From a bacterium (GTDB lineage: Bacteria > Hinthialibacterota > Hinthialibacteria > Hinthialibacterales > Hinthialibacteraceae), in NCBI GenBank assembly GCA_963662285.2, contig CAXXMV010000006.1, forward strand, positions 1,760,001 to 1,824,000: a DNA stretch of 64,000 bases, in the 5' to 3' direction. The notes beneath the pieces are model-generated. The model searched no databases and was not told the DNA's origin. It worked only from the letters and a program-made list of their open reading frames with translations. Positions 1-8,811 of the stretch are shown here, piece after piece. The position numbers and the translations under genes are program-made. The stretch's first letter is position 1. Every line of letters starts with the position of its first letter.

Positions 1-2
1 AT

Positions 3-338
3 GAATACGCCTTTTGGACTTTGGGAATGTTGTTGCTGCCCAGCCTGTTGTGGGATCATTACCTGGTGCAGGCCATGCTGGCTGTCGCCATTGCTTTACA
101 GGTTGCTTTGAGTGGGAATTCTAAATACGCTTTTTTGCTTGGGATAGCTATTGCTACCATGGCAATGCCGTTTGTACATTATCATCCTCTCTATCGCAGT
201 GGTATAATGACCCTGGTTATGTCGTTGAAACTGTTCGCTTTACTAATTTTAATTGGATATCTTTGGATAAACCGTAATGTGAAATGCAAAGAATCTTCTG
301 ATTATCCGACAGATTCAGAAGAATATGGTTTTTCTTGA
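3..338 (+). CDS. C-terminal part of a multi-pass membrane protein (5' partial)
   Basis: Frame open from position 3; several hydrophobic helices; function not assignable. Confidence 0.6.
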   Translation, partial: EYAFWTLGMLLLPSLLWDHYLVQAMLAVAIALQVALSGNSKYAFLLGIAIATMAMPFVHYHPLYRSGIMTLVMSLKLFALLILIGYLWINRNVKCKESSDYPTDSEEYGFS

Positions 339-373
339 TATAAAAAGTATAGTTTTTTTTATATCGGCAGGAT

Positions 374-402
374 TTGACATTTTGGGCTATTATTCTTACG
401 AT
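374..402 (+). promoter_or_regulatory. Putative sigma70 promoter
   Basis: TTGACA-17 nt-TACGAT upstream of the asp23-like operon. Confidence 0.5.
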
Positions 403-457
403 GCAAACTGTGTATAATATAATTTAAGATTATATATAAATTTTTTAAGAGGATGTT

Positions 458-859
458 ATGGTTGGTTTTTTTGAAAACAATTTAGGCCGTGTACAGATTT
501 CTTCATCGATTGTGCGTCGCATCATAATGCGCGAGGTTGAATCTAGCCGCTTTTTCGGCTTTTTAGGACAAAAGCCTGGCGAAATGGTAAGCCGTAAAGT
601 CGCTGAACGGTGCATAAAGGTTTATTTCCTTGAGGGTACTGTAGAGGCTACACTGACATTAACCGTTCTTTATGGGACCAAGATCATTAAAGAAGCGCGT
701 AATATTCAAGGGAAAGTCGCCAAAGCGCTAGAATTGACCGCAGGTCTGCATGTCAACAAAGTCGTCATCAACGTGGAAAATGTTTTCACCGAAGAAGACC
801 TTGATCAACCTCTTTTGATAGAGCATGAAACTATTCAAGCTAACGCTGTAAACCAATGA
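458..859 (+). CDS. Asp23/Gls24 family envelope stress response protein
   Basis: LGRVQISSSIV...YGTKIIKEARNIQGKV...TAGLHVNKVVINVENV pattern; GAGG RBS. Confidence 0.8.
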   Translation: MVGFFENNLGRVQISSSIVRRIIMREVESSRFFGFLGQKPGEMVSRKVAERCIKVYFLEGTVEATLTLTVLYGTKIIKEARNIQGKVAKALELTAGLHVNKVVINVENVFTEEDLDQPLLIEHETIQANAVNQ

Positions 860-865
860 GAGCCT

Positions 866-1579
866 ATGAAACAATTTAACCTTCTTTTGGCATGCGTCAT
901 TCTTCTCACTATCTCCAGTTTATGTTTTTATATTATTCTTTGGCATCCCGATGCTATTCAGAGATTAATCGGTTTGACGCTTAATATTTATAACAGTTTC
1001 TGGGGTAAAGTGATGTTTATTGCGGTAGGCTTCATCTCTCTGGGATGTGGTCTATCTTTACTGGCAGCATTTTTAGGACTTGATCCAAACGTCAGACCGC
1101 ACATTATTCTGGAGCAGGAAGGTGGAGCGGTTGGCGTTTCTTTAGACGCTATTGAAGAATATATAAAAAGAAAAGGACAGTCCATCGATGGAGTGCGCGA
1201 GCTGGCTATCAAAAGTGAATTAACTCCTGAAGGGCTTGCCATTCAAACCCGGTTGACGCTTGAATTGCAGAAGAACGTTCCCGAGTTTATTCTAGCTTTC
1301 CAGGGACGGATTTATCATGAATTGACCGAAACGCTGGGCGTTAAAGAAATAAAAGAAGTTCAAGTCCTTATTCATAAAATCGTCCCCAAAGATTTTGGCG
1401 GCGAAGGAAGATTGCTTAGTCCGCCATCCTCAGTGCTTCTTAAAGAACCTGAGATAAAAAACGAAACAGAATTGACATTGGAGGCAACGCCAATACATAA
1501 AGAAAAACCGGTTGACTCAATCCAGACTATTGATATTGAGACCATTGATCCGGTCGCCGCGGAAGAGGATAAATCATAA
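866..1579 (+). CDS. Alkaline shock response membrane anchor protein (AmaP-like)
   Basis: Two N-terminal TM helices followed by an Asp23-like domain (GAVGVSLDAIEE...); directly follows the asp23-like gene. Confidence 0.7.
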   Translation: MKQFNLLLACVILLTISSLCFYIILWHPDAIQRLIGLTLNIYNSFWGKVMFIAVGFISLGCGLSLLAAFLGLDPNVRPHIILEQEGGAVGVSLDAIEEYIKRKGQSIDGVRELAIKSELTPEGLAIQTRLTLELQKNVPEFILAFQGRIYHELTETLGVKEIKEVQVLIHKIVPKDFGGEGRLLSPPSSVLLKEPEIKNETELTLEATPIHKEKPVDSIQTIDIETIDPVAAEEDKS

Positions 1580-1866
1580 TGAGCATTACTGCAGATGAAG
1601 TTCGACATATAGCCCTTTTAGGCCGTTTAGAATTGAATGACGAAGAAGTGAATATGTATACCACTCACTTAGGCGACATTCTTCAATACGTAGAAAAGTT
1701 GAAAGAACTGGATGTCTCCGGAGTCGAACCAATGTCCCATGCTATTCCCATGGCTAATGTAATGCGGGAGGATGAAATCGGGCCATCATTGGAACTGGAA
1801 GAATCACTGAAGAATGCTCCTGACCGGGCTGATCCATATTTCCGGGTTCCCAAAACCACTGAGTAG
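1579..1866 (+). CDS. gatC: Asp-tRNA(Asn)/Glu-tRNA(Gln) amidotransferase subunit C
   Basis: ITADEVRHIALLGRLEL...DVSGVEPMSH...MRED...YFRVPK; TAATG coupling to the upstream gene. Confidence 0.95.
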   Translation: MSITADEVRHIALLGRLELNDEEVNMYTTHLGDILQYVEKLKELDVSGVEPMSHAIPMANVMREDEIGPSLELEESLKNAPDRADPYFRVPKTTE

Positions 1867-1959
1867 TAATATTCTTAATATGTTCTAGAAAACCGCTGTA
1901 CAATTTTCCTGACAACAAACTTCGAGAATCATTTAAGCGGCGTCATAAACCTTTCTAAT

Positions 1960-4900
1960 TCACCCAATCTCAGGATTAGGATTCCTGAGATGCGCCAGAT
2001 ATTGAGTACGTGGTTTGGTCTTGAGTTCATCAAGTAAGGTATATGCCCGATTATTTTGCCGTAGTTTTGAAACCTGACTGTCTGGATTATTTATATCGCC
2101 AAATACGATAGCGTTGGTCGGGCAGGTTTGTGCGCAGGCAGGAACGATAGCGCCGTCTTTGATTTTCTGACCATTATTACTGGCATCAATTTTGGCTTGT
2201 TCAATGCGCCGGATGCAATAGGTGCATTTTTCCATTATCCCTTTCGGTCGAACCGTTACCTCTGGATTGAATAGCATCTTCTCCACATTTTTAATTTCGG
2301 CATGATGATCCCGGTGGTTGAAATGCAGAACGTGGTAGGGGCATTTCCTGGAACATTCCTGTTTTCCCTCGCATTTATTATAAACAACTTGAGTAACTCC
2401 CTCTGCATTATGAGTGGCCGCATGAGTAGGGCACGTCTCTTCGCATGGAGCTTCCTGGCAATGTACGCAAGCGACTGGTTGATATATAACGCCGGGAGAT
2501 TGGATATCGCCATAGAAATATCGGTTGATGCGCAGCCAGTGCATTTGGTGATTTTGAATAATTTCTTCCCGGCCAACCGCTGGTATGTTGTTTTCCGCCT
2601 GACATGCCACTATACATGCATTGCATCCAATGCATGAGTTTAAGTCAATAACCATTCCCCATTGGCAATTTGTGGTTTTGGGATTGAATTGCTTTTCGGC
2701 TTGATCATTTTTCCCGAATATTGTGGGATCAGATAAATATTTTTCTAAAACTGTTCCTCGAATAGGCGTGAATGATTGTGTATTTTGTTTGTTCTGATCT
2801 TCTGTTCCGAAAGTAAAATGATCTTGAGAAACAGCGAATAAATATTTCCGGCCTGTTTTTTTGATAGATAATCCGGCGTCGAAATTCAAGGCATCCTTGG
2901 TGCGTAATACATTGGCGTTGAATCCTACGCTATTACTGAGTAATCCGGGAGCGGTATGACCATAACCCATCGCCAGCGCAATGGAATTATTGGCTTGCCC
3001 CGGCATGATGCAGGCCGGAGTAATCAATGATCGTCCTTTATATTCCAGAATGATAATGTCTCCGGTTTGGATGTTCAACTTCTGCGCTGTTTGGAGAGAT
3101 ATCAATGCTGTGTTATCCCAGGATATGATTGATAGTGAATCAGGCAGTTCCTGCAACCAGCTGTTATGGGCGAAACGTCCATCATGAATTTTTGAATCGG
3201 GATAGAAAATAATTTCGAGATTATTCTCATGCAATTGCGGCATCTCGTCGGGGATTTTTTCGATGGCAAGTTGGATTTCCAGATTATTGAACCACGGGCC
3301 GAATGGTTCATAGCGGGTATTAGGTATAGTCCCATCATGCAGCCATTTGGTCAGATTGGCTTCGAATGAACCGAAATTAAATATTTTTTTCAAAGCGCGG
3401 CGAAAGATATCCCGGTCGCTGGTAATCTCGTCTTCTATGATGTAGGCCAGTAACTGGCTCGCGCTTTTTCCATTAAACAATGGTTCGATCAAAGGCTGAG
3501 CCATTGTATAGGTTCCATCATAAGCCCGCAATGCATCCCATGCTTCAAGGTAATGGGAACGGGGCAGGAACCATTTGGACAAAATTGAGGTTTCGTTGCG
3601 ATAAAGACTGAGATGAATGCTGGTAGGAATCTTTTCGAGTAATGCGCCAAAATCCAAATCAACCGGCGCATCGTACGCCGGATTTCCTCCCAGGATAACA
3701 AGCGTATCAACCTTACCTGATTCTATATCGCCTGATAATTCGCTGATTGATTCTGTGTAAGATGGTCTTTCTGGTTCTAAATCTAATGAATAAGTGACAG
3801 TTTTATCATTTTTCATTATTCCATTAATAACATCAGTTAACGTATGTACTATTGGAGGTTGAGTGGCGCCGGTGATGATAGCGCTTTTACCCGGATTTTT
3901 GGCTATATCTGCAGCTAAAGCGGAAAGCCATTTTTTATCAAACGGATGATTGAGAAACCGTTTCACTGGCTCTACAAGATTCAGGAAAAACATATTTGGT
4001 TTTACATTTTGCTTATAAAAGAGTTCTGCAATTAATGCCAGCAGGAAATGCTGAATATGACAAGCCGCCAGCGGCAGACGATGATCGGCTATTGCGCCTA
4101 TGGAAGTCATACGCGGTTCGACGGCGTATATGCGGTTCATTGATTCAGAACCGGCGTTTCGTCCTTGTGAGAAACCTTGCGACAATCTCAAAGCATCGGG
4201 ATTAGAGTCAAAGGCGTCAGAATCTAGAGCAAGGATTATATCAGCCTTGTCCAGATGAGCATAACTTCTAACAGGAAAGGAAAAAGAAAGCCGGGCGCCG
4301 TCACGCTGATTATCTTGGCTGACAGATTCATATTCAAACCACTTTACTTCTGGAAAAGCTTTAGTAAGCCGTTGGCGCATGTCTTTCACTATGAGTGAAG
4401 AGGTGGTTTCACTGAGAATATAGAAACCCTCGCCTTGCCGTTCATTTATTTCAGAAAAATGCTTTTTGATAAATTCATGCGTTTCTTCCCATGACCGTTC
4501 GATGTTCTGGCCGTCAATTTTCTGGATAGGTTTATAATCACGATGGGGATCGTAAAGATCAAGCAGGCTGGCTTGAGCTATCAGGCTGGCCGCGCCGAGG
4601 CTGGATGGATGGTCCGGGGCGCCTTCAATTTTGATAGGGCGTCCATTGTAACTATCAACCATTAAGCCATTTGCAGAACCACCCAGTTCCATAGCGGTTA
4701 TGAATTGTTTTTTTAATCCACTGAATGCGGAATGCGGTTGGTTGGGATTTGAAATGATTTTGTCGCCTTCAGGTGGTTGGCCGCATGAGGTAAAACCGCT
4801 GAGGCATAATGAAGCCGCCATTGTTTTAAGAAAACGTCTGCGCGGAGGATCATTCAATATATCTTCAGCGTTATCGGGGAAGTTGCGTTTGACGTATTTT

Positions 4901-5007
4901 TGGAAGCCGGAAGACTCTTCGATTGAATCCGGGCGATTATCTATATTCTTATTGTTATGTGAATGCATATTATTTTTGAATTTTTCCATAATCAATATAC
5001 TCATCAT
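1960..5007 (-). CDS. actB: Alternative complex III subunit B-like (Tat-exported molybdopterin oxidoreductase-like plus Fe-S dicluster domain)
   Basis: RRRFLK Tat motif with lipoprotein-like Cys; GRPIKIEG.PDHP, QASLLDLYDP; C-terminal CIGCNACIVACQAENN, CVHC..APCE..CP, MEKCTYC, PACAQTCP. Confidence 0.88.
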   Translation of the reverse strand: MMSILIMEKFKNNMHSHNNKNIDNRPDSIEESSGFQKYVKRNFPDNAEDILNDPPRRRFLKTMAASLCLSGFTSCGQPPEGDKIISNPNQPHSAFSGLKKQFITAMELGGSANGLMVDSYNGRPIKIEGAPDHPSSLGAASLIAQASLLDLYDPHRDYKPIQKIDGQNIERSWEETHEFIKKHFSEINERQGEGFYILSETTSSLIVKDMRQRLTKAFPEVKWFEYESVSQDNQRDGARLSFSFPVRSYAHLDKADIILALDSDAFDSNPDALRLSQGFSQGRNAGSESMNRIYAVEPRMTSIGAIADHRLPLAACHIQHFLLALIAELFYKQNVKPNMFFLNLVEPVKRFLNHPFDKKWLSALAADIAKNPGKSAIITGATQPPIVHTLTDVINGIMKNDKTVTYSLDLEPERPSYTESISELSGDIESGKVDTLVILGGNPAYDAPVDLDFGALLEKIPTSIHLSLYRNETSILSKWFLPRSHYLEAWDALRAYDGTYTMAQPLIEPLFNGKSASQLLAYIIEDEITSDRDIFRRALKKIFNFGSFEANLTKWLHDGTIPNTRYEPFGPWFNNLEIQLAIEKIPDEMPQLHENNLEIIFYPDSKIHDGRFAHNSWLQELPDSLSIISWDNTALISLQTAQKLNIQTGDIIILEYKGRSLITPACIMPGQANNSIALAMGYGHTAPGLLSNSVGFNANVLRTKDALNFDAGLSIKKTGRKYLFAVSQDHFTFGTEDQNKQNTQSFTPIRGTVLEKYLSDPTIFGKNDQAEKQFNPKTTNCQWGMVIDLNSCIGCNACIVACQAENNIPAVGREEIIQNHQMHWLRINRYFYGDIQSPGVIYQPVACVHCQEAPCEETCPTHAATHNAEGVTQVVYNKCEGKQECSRKCPYHVLHFNHRDHHAEIKNVEKMLFNPEVTVRPKGIMEKCTYCIRRIEQAKIDASNNGQKIKDGAIVPACAQTCPTNAIVFGDINNPDSQVSKLRQNNRAYTLLDELKTKPRTQYLAHLRNPNPEIG

Positions 5008-5546
5008 CTATGACAGGTTGAACAATCAGTAGATGAAGCAACCTTTGATGTTTCAGGATTAATATCTTCCGGCTGATGGCATTCCAGACACCATGCCATG
5101 CTGAACTCAATGGCCAGATAGGTCTGCTTCATTGTTTCAACCTGACCATGACACACGGCGCAATCCAGTCCGTTTTTTATATGTATGCTGTGATTGAAAT
5201 AAACGAAGTCGGGCAAGTTGCAAACACGGTTCCAAACAAGCGCGTTGCCTTTTTTCATACTGTCGTACACAAGTGTAAGTTTGGGATTATCCTTCTCGAA
5301 TACGCGGTGGCAATCAATGCAAGATTGGGCAGAGGGCAGGGAAGCGTTAGCTGCCATATCTACTGTATAATGGCAATACCGGCAATTGATCTTCATTTTT
5401 CCTGCATGAGTTTTATGACTGAAAGCAACTGCTTGATGAGGTTTGTATCCTATTTCGGTAGGATTCTTCAAACAGCCGCAGACAACAATTATATTCATTA
5501 TTAGCAGAGACAAAAAAACAGTTGTTCTATAAAATATATTTTTCAT
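5004..5546 (-). CDS. actA: Pentaheme cytochrome c, alternative complex III subunit A-like
   Basis: Five CxxCH motifs (CRYCH, CIDCH, CAVCH, CLECH, CSTCH); FSHKTHAG, LPDFVYFNHSIH; overlaps the actB start by 4 nt. Confidence 0.88.
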   Translation of the reverse strand: MKNIFYRTTVFLSLLIMNIIVVCGCLKNPTEIGYKPHQAVAFSHKTHAGKMKINCRYCHYTVDMAANASLPSAQSCIDCHRVFEKDNPKLTLVYDSMKKGNALVWNRVCNLPDFVYFNHSIHIKNGLDCAVCHGQVETMKQTYLAIEFSMAWCLECHQPEDINPETSKVASSTDCSTCHR

Positions 5547-5863
5547 TTGGATAAAATTTAATCCATTCTATGAATCCAGCGCTTTCAATACGCATAAACG
5601 TTTATTAACTAATATAACGGATGAGAATGATTTTAGTTTTTTAATAAAACTTACGCAATATGGAAACCCCACTTATTGGTATGATTGAATTTGTTAAATA
5701 ACTTTTCACAGAGAGAAGACTTATATTAACGTGACATATTATTAGGATGAAATCGGCTTGTTTGTTATTATAAATATGACGTTTCAGAAAAAACAATTGA
5801 CGCTGAACGGTTTATTATGAGATAATGATTTTAAATAATATTCATGTGAATTGAGGAGATACA

Positions 5864-7156
5864 ATGTCATTTCAATCGAATTATTCAAGATTGTTAAACC
5901 GCAGAAAATTTCTAAAAATTAGTTCTTCCGCTTCCTTAGCGGCGAACATTATTCCTTCATCCGCTTTGGGTAAGGATGGCAGCGTCGCCTCATCCGATCG
6001 CATTAATATTGCGGTAATAGGAAATGGAGGGCGATTTATGCGCGCCCTGCTTCCCGCCTTTATCCGCCAAACAGACGTGCAACTTACGGCTGTATGTGAT
6101 TGCTGGAAAGAACGTCGAGAAAAAGCCAAAGCCGCCATTGATATGCGCTATGGGAATAACGATTGCACGGCATACCGCTTCCATGAAGAAATCCTGGAAC
6201 GGAAAGACATTGACGCTGTCATTATCGCCACCGGAGACCGTTGGCACGCAGTACTCTCAATTCTCGCGGCTCGCGCCGGAAAAGATGTATATAGCGAAAA
6301 GCCCTATTGTTTGAGTATTGATGAAGGCCGAACCCTGGTTGAACAAACAAAAAAATACGGAACGGTGTGGCAATGCGGCACGCAAAGACATAACAATCCC
6401 GATTATAAATACATCATCGATACGGTGCATCAGGGGAAAATCGGAAAACTGCATACCATAACAACAGGACTGGGCGACTGGAGTGGAAATGGCAACGCAA
6501 TTCCTGAACCGGTTCCAGCCGGATTCGACTATGACCGATGGTTGGGTCAATCCCCCTGGCGTCCTTATTCGCCAATCAGCGTAGGTCTCTGGCGTAATCA
6601 TTGGGATACCGGAGGCGGTGTCATCTGCGATATGGGGCCCCACATGTATGATATCGCTCAATGGGGCAACCAAAGTCAAACCATTGCTCCCATCGATTAC
6701 ACAGGCAAAGCCGTTTTCCCCAAAGAGGGATACAGCAATGTTCCGTTTGAGTGGCATGTGGAAGCCAGATACGAAAACGGCGTTAAATTGATTACAAAAA
6801 TGGGCGTCAAATCGATTCGTTTCACAGGCGATGAAGGTTGGATTGAAATAATTGACGAGACGGGTGAAATCAGATCCGAGCCAAAATCGTTGAGCGCCAA
6901 TTCTTCCCCAACCGAGCAACACTACAATATTCTTAGCCCTCATATCCGCGATTTTCTTGAATGTATAAAATCACGCAGATTGACGGTGTGTCATCCCGAG
7001 CTCGCCCACCGGGCGCATACCATTGCTCATGCGTCTAATATTTGCCTTCGGTTAGAACGTGACGTCCATTGGGATTATAAAACAGAGCGTTTCATTGATG
7101 ATGGTGAAGCCAACCGCATACTTGCAAGGACAATGCGGGCGCCCTGGGGAATATAG
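5864..7156 (+). CDS. Tat-exported Gfo/Idh/MocA family oxidoreductase
   Basis: NRRKFLK signal; IAVIGNGG; DIDAVIIATGDRWH; KDVYSEKP; GGGVICDMGPH. Confidence 0.9.
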   Translation: MSFQSNYSRLLNRRKFLKISSSASLAANIIPSSALGKDGSVASSDRINIAVIGNGGRFMRALLPAFIRQTDVQLTAVCDCWKERREKAKAAIDMRYGNNDCTAYRFHEEILERKDIDAVIIATGDRWHAVLSILAARAGKDVYSEKPYCLSIDEGRTLVEQTKKYGTVWQCGTQRHNNPDYKYIIDTVHQGKIGKLHTITTGLGDWSGNGNAIPEPVPAGFDYDRWLGQSPWRPYSPISVGLWRNHWDTGGGVICDMGPHMYDIAQWGNQSQTIAPIDYTGKAVFPKEGYSNVPFEWHVEARYENGVKLITKMGVKSIRFTGDEGWIEIIDETGEIRSEPKSLSANSSPTEQHYNILSPHIRDFLECIKSRRLTVCHPELAHRAHTIAHASNICLRLERDVHWDYKTERFIDDGEANRILARTMRAPWGI

Positions 7157-7207
7157 CATTATTTAACGTATTTACTTTTAATATATCCACGAAAGATCAG
7201 GTGCAAC

Positions 7208-8587
7208 ATGAACTATAACTATATACTATTTCAATTCATCGCCGGATTACTTGTTCTATGTAATTTTAATATGATTGTGGTTGCTGATGAAAAAGAAATC
7301 ATCTCTAAAACGATTAAGTCCATACAAGTATTTGAGTATGGTCAAGCTGTTACAAGCCAACGTGAACTCGAAAATTTGATAAACAAAACATACAGTTCTC
7401 CCGAATTGCGCTCTTATCTGGAAGCACAAATCATTAGCGCATTGCAATCAGAAAAAACAACGTTGGCCGCTAAAACCTTCTTTTGTCAAAAACTCGCTTC
7501 CATCAGTTCGGAAGCCTCGCTCCCCATTCTGGGTCAAATGCTTCTTCAAGACGAAACAACCCAAATGGCCTGCATCGCGCTTAAAAGCCATCCTTCTCCA
7601 CAAGCGAACCACTATCTTCGAAAAGCGCTAGATGGACTTGAGGGTATGTCGAAAGTTGCTGTTATCAATCTCATTGGCGAACGTCGTGACACTGATTCAA
7701 TTGAAATTCTTCGTTTTTTAACATCAGACGATGATCTAAATACGGTTAAAGCTGCAATCTCTGCATTGGGAAATATTGGCGACTCCAAATGCGCTAAAAT
7801 TTTGAAGGATTTACGAGCATCCAACAAGACTGATTTGAAATTTGTACTGGCTGACGCTTACTTGCAATGCGCCATGAGTCTTAAAAAGGAAAACAAAATC
7901 AGTGATGCGGCAAAGATGCTACAGGAACTTTGTCAAAAAAATGTACCGACGGTGATCCGGCAGGGAGCACGGAATAATTTACTCGATTTGGGACTCTTGG
8001 ATATCAATTTTGATGAGATACAAGCCGTCTCTTTGTTCGACGGCGCCTCTTTTGAAGGCTGGAATGGTAATCTTAAATATTTCCGTATTGAAGATGAAGC
8101 CATAGTTGCAGGGACTATGGATGAACCAATTCCCCGTAATGAGTTTCTTTGTACGGATCGTGAGTACATAAATTTCGAACTTCGCTTGAAATGTAAACTT
8201 TCAGCCAAAGAAATTAACGGTGGTATCCAAATCCGCAGTTTGAGGATTCCTAATAGCCACGAAATGTGGGGTTATCAGGCTGACATGGGGCAAAACTACT
8301 GGGGTAGTCTGTATGATGAATCAAGGAGGAAGGTTACTCTAGTCGATTCAAACAAAGTGGAACTGGCAAAAGTCCTTCACCAGACGGATTGGAACGATTA
8401 TGTAATCCGTTGCGTGGGACGCCGAATCCAATTATGGATTAACGGCTACCAAACCGTCAATTATTTAGAACCGGATGAAACAATTAGCCAGGTTGGTTTC
8501 ATTGGCCTGCAAATTCACTCCGGCCCACCTGCCGAAGCGAAGTATAAAGAAATTGAAATTCGGGTATTTGACATGTCTGAAAATTAG
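7208..8587 (+). CDS. Secreted HEAT-repeat plus DUF1080 (3-keto-disaccharide hydrolase-like) protein
   Basis: Signal peptide; HEAT-like repeats; C-terminal SLFDG..FEGW, NGGIQIRS, GYQADMG, GFIGLQIH. Confidence 0.82.
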   Translation: MNYNYILFQFIAGLLVLCNFNMIVVADEKEIISKTIKSIQVFEYGQAVTSQRELENLINKTYSSPELRSYLEAQIISALQSEKTTLAAKTFFCQKLASISSEASLPILGQMLLQDETTQMACIALKSHPSPQANHYLRKALDGLEGMSKVAVINLIGERRDTDSIEILRFLTSDDDLNTVKAAISALGNIGDSKCAKILKDLRASNKTDLKFVLADAYLQCAMSLKKENKISDAAKMLQELCQKNVPTVIRQGARNNLLDLGLLDINFDEIQAVSLFDGASFEGWNGNLKYFRIEDEAIVAGTMDEPIPRNEFLCTDREYINFELRLKCKLSAKEINGGIQIRSLRIPNSHEMWGYQADMGQNYWGSLYDESRRKVTLVDSNKVELAKVLHQTDWNDYVIRCVGRRIQLWINGYQTVNYLEPDETISQVGFIGLQIHSGPPAEAKYKEIEIRVFDMSEN

Positions 8588-8645
8588 TAAACTTAAGCGG
8601 TTATTAAAATCATCTCTCAACCTTATTTTTCCAGAACAATTGAGC

Positions 8646-8683
8646 GAAGTCTATAAATTTTTTGTATCAAATTTATAGACTTC
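8646..8683. terminator. 15-bp perfect inverted repeat (terminator or operator)
   Basis: GAAGTCTATAAATTT-8 nt-AAATTTATAGACTTC between the DUF1080 gene and the signalling cluster. Confidence 0.5.
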
Positions 8684-8811
8684 ACATGGTGTAATACTTA
8701 GTAATTCAAACTCGGAATTATCTCAAATTACTATATTCTTCTAGTGTAATAATTAATAATCGATAAGATATTTATAGCCAATTTTTTAGGATACTATGGT
8801 GATAGATAAAA

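Noticed and set aside
6257-6943. Long antisense ORFs (also 19766-20332, 52051-52485, 61672-62286)
   Set aside because: Shadow frames opposite well-supported genes, with no motifs
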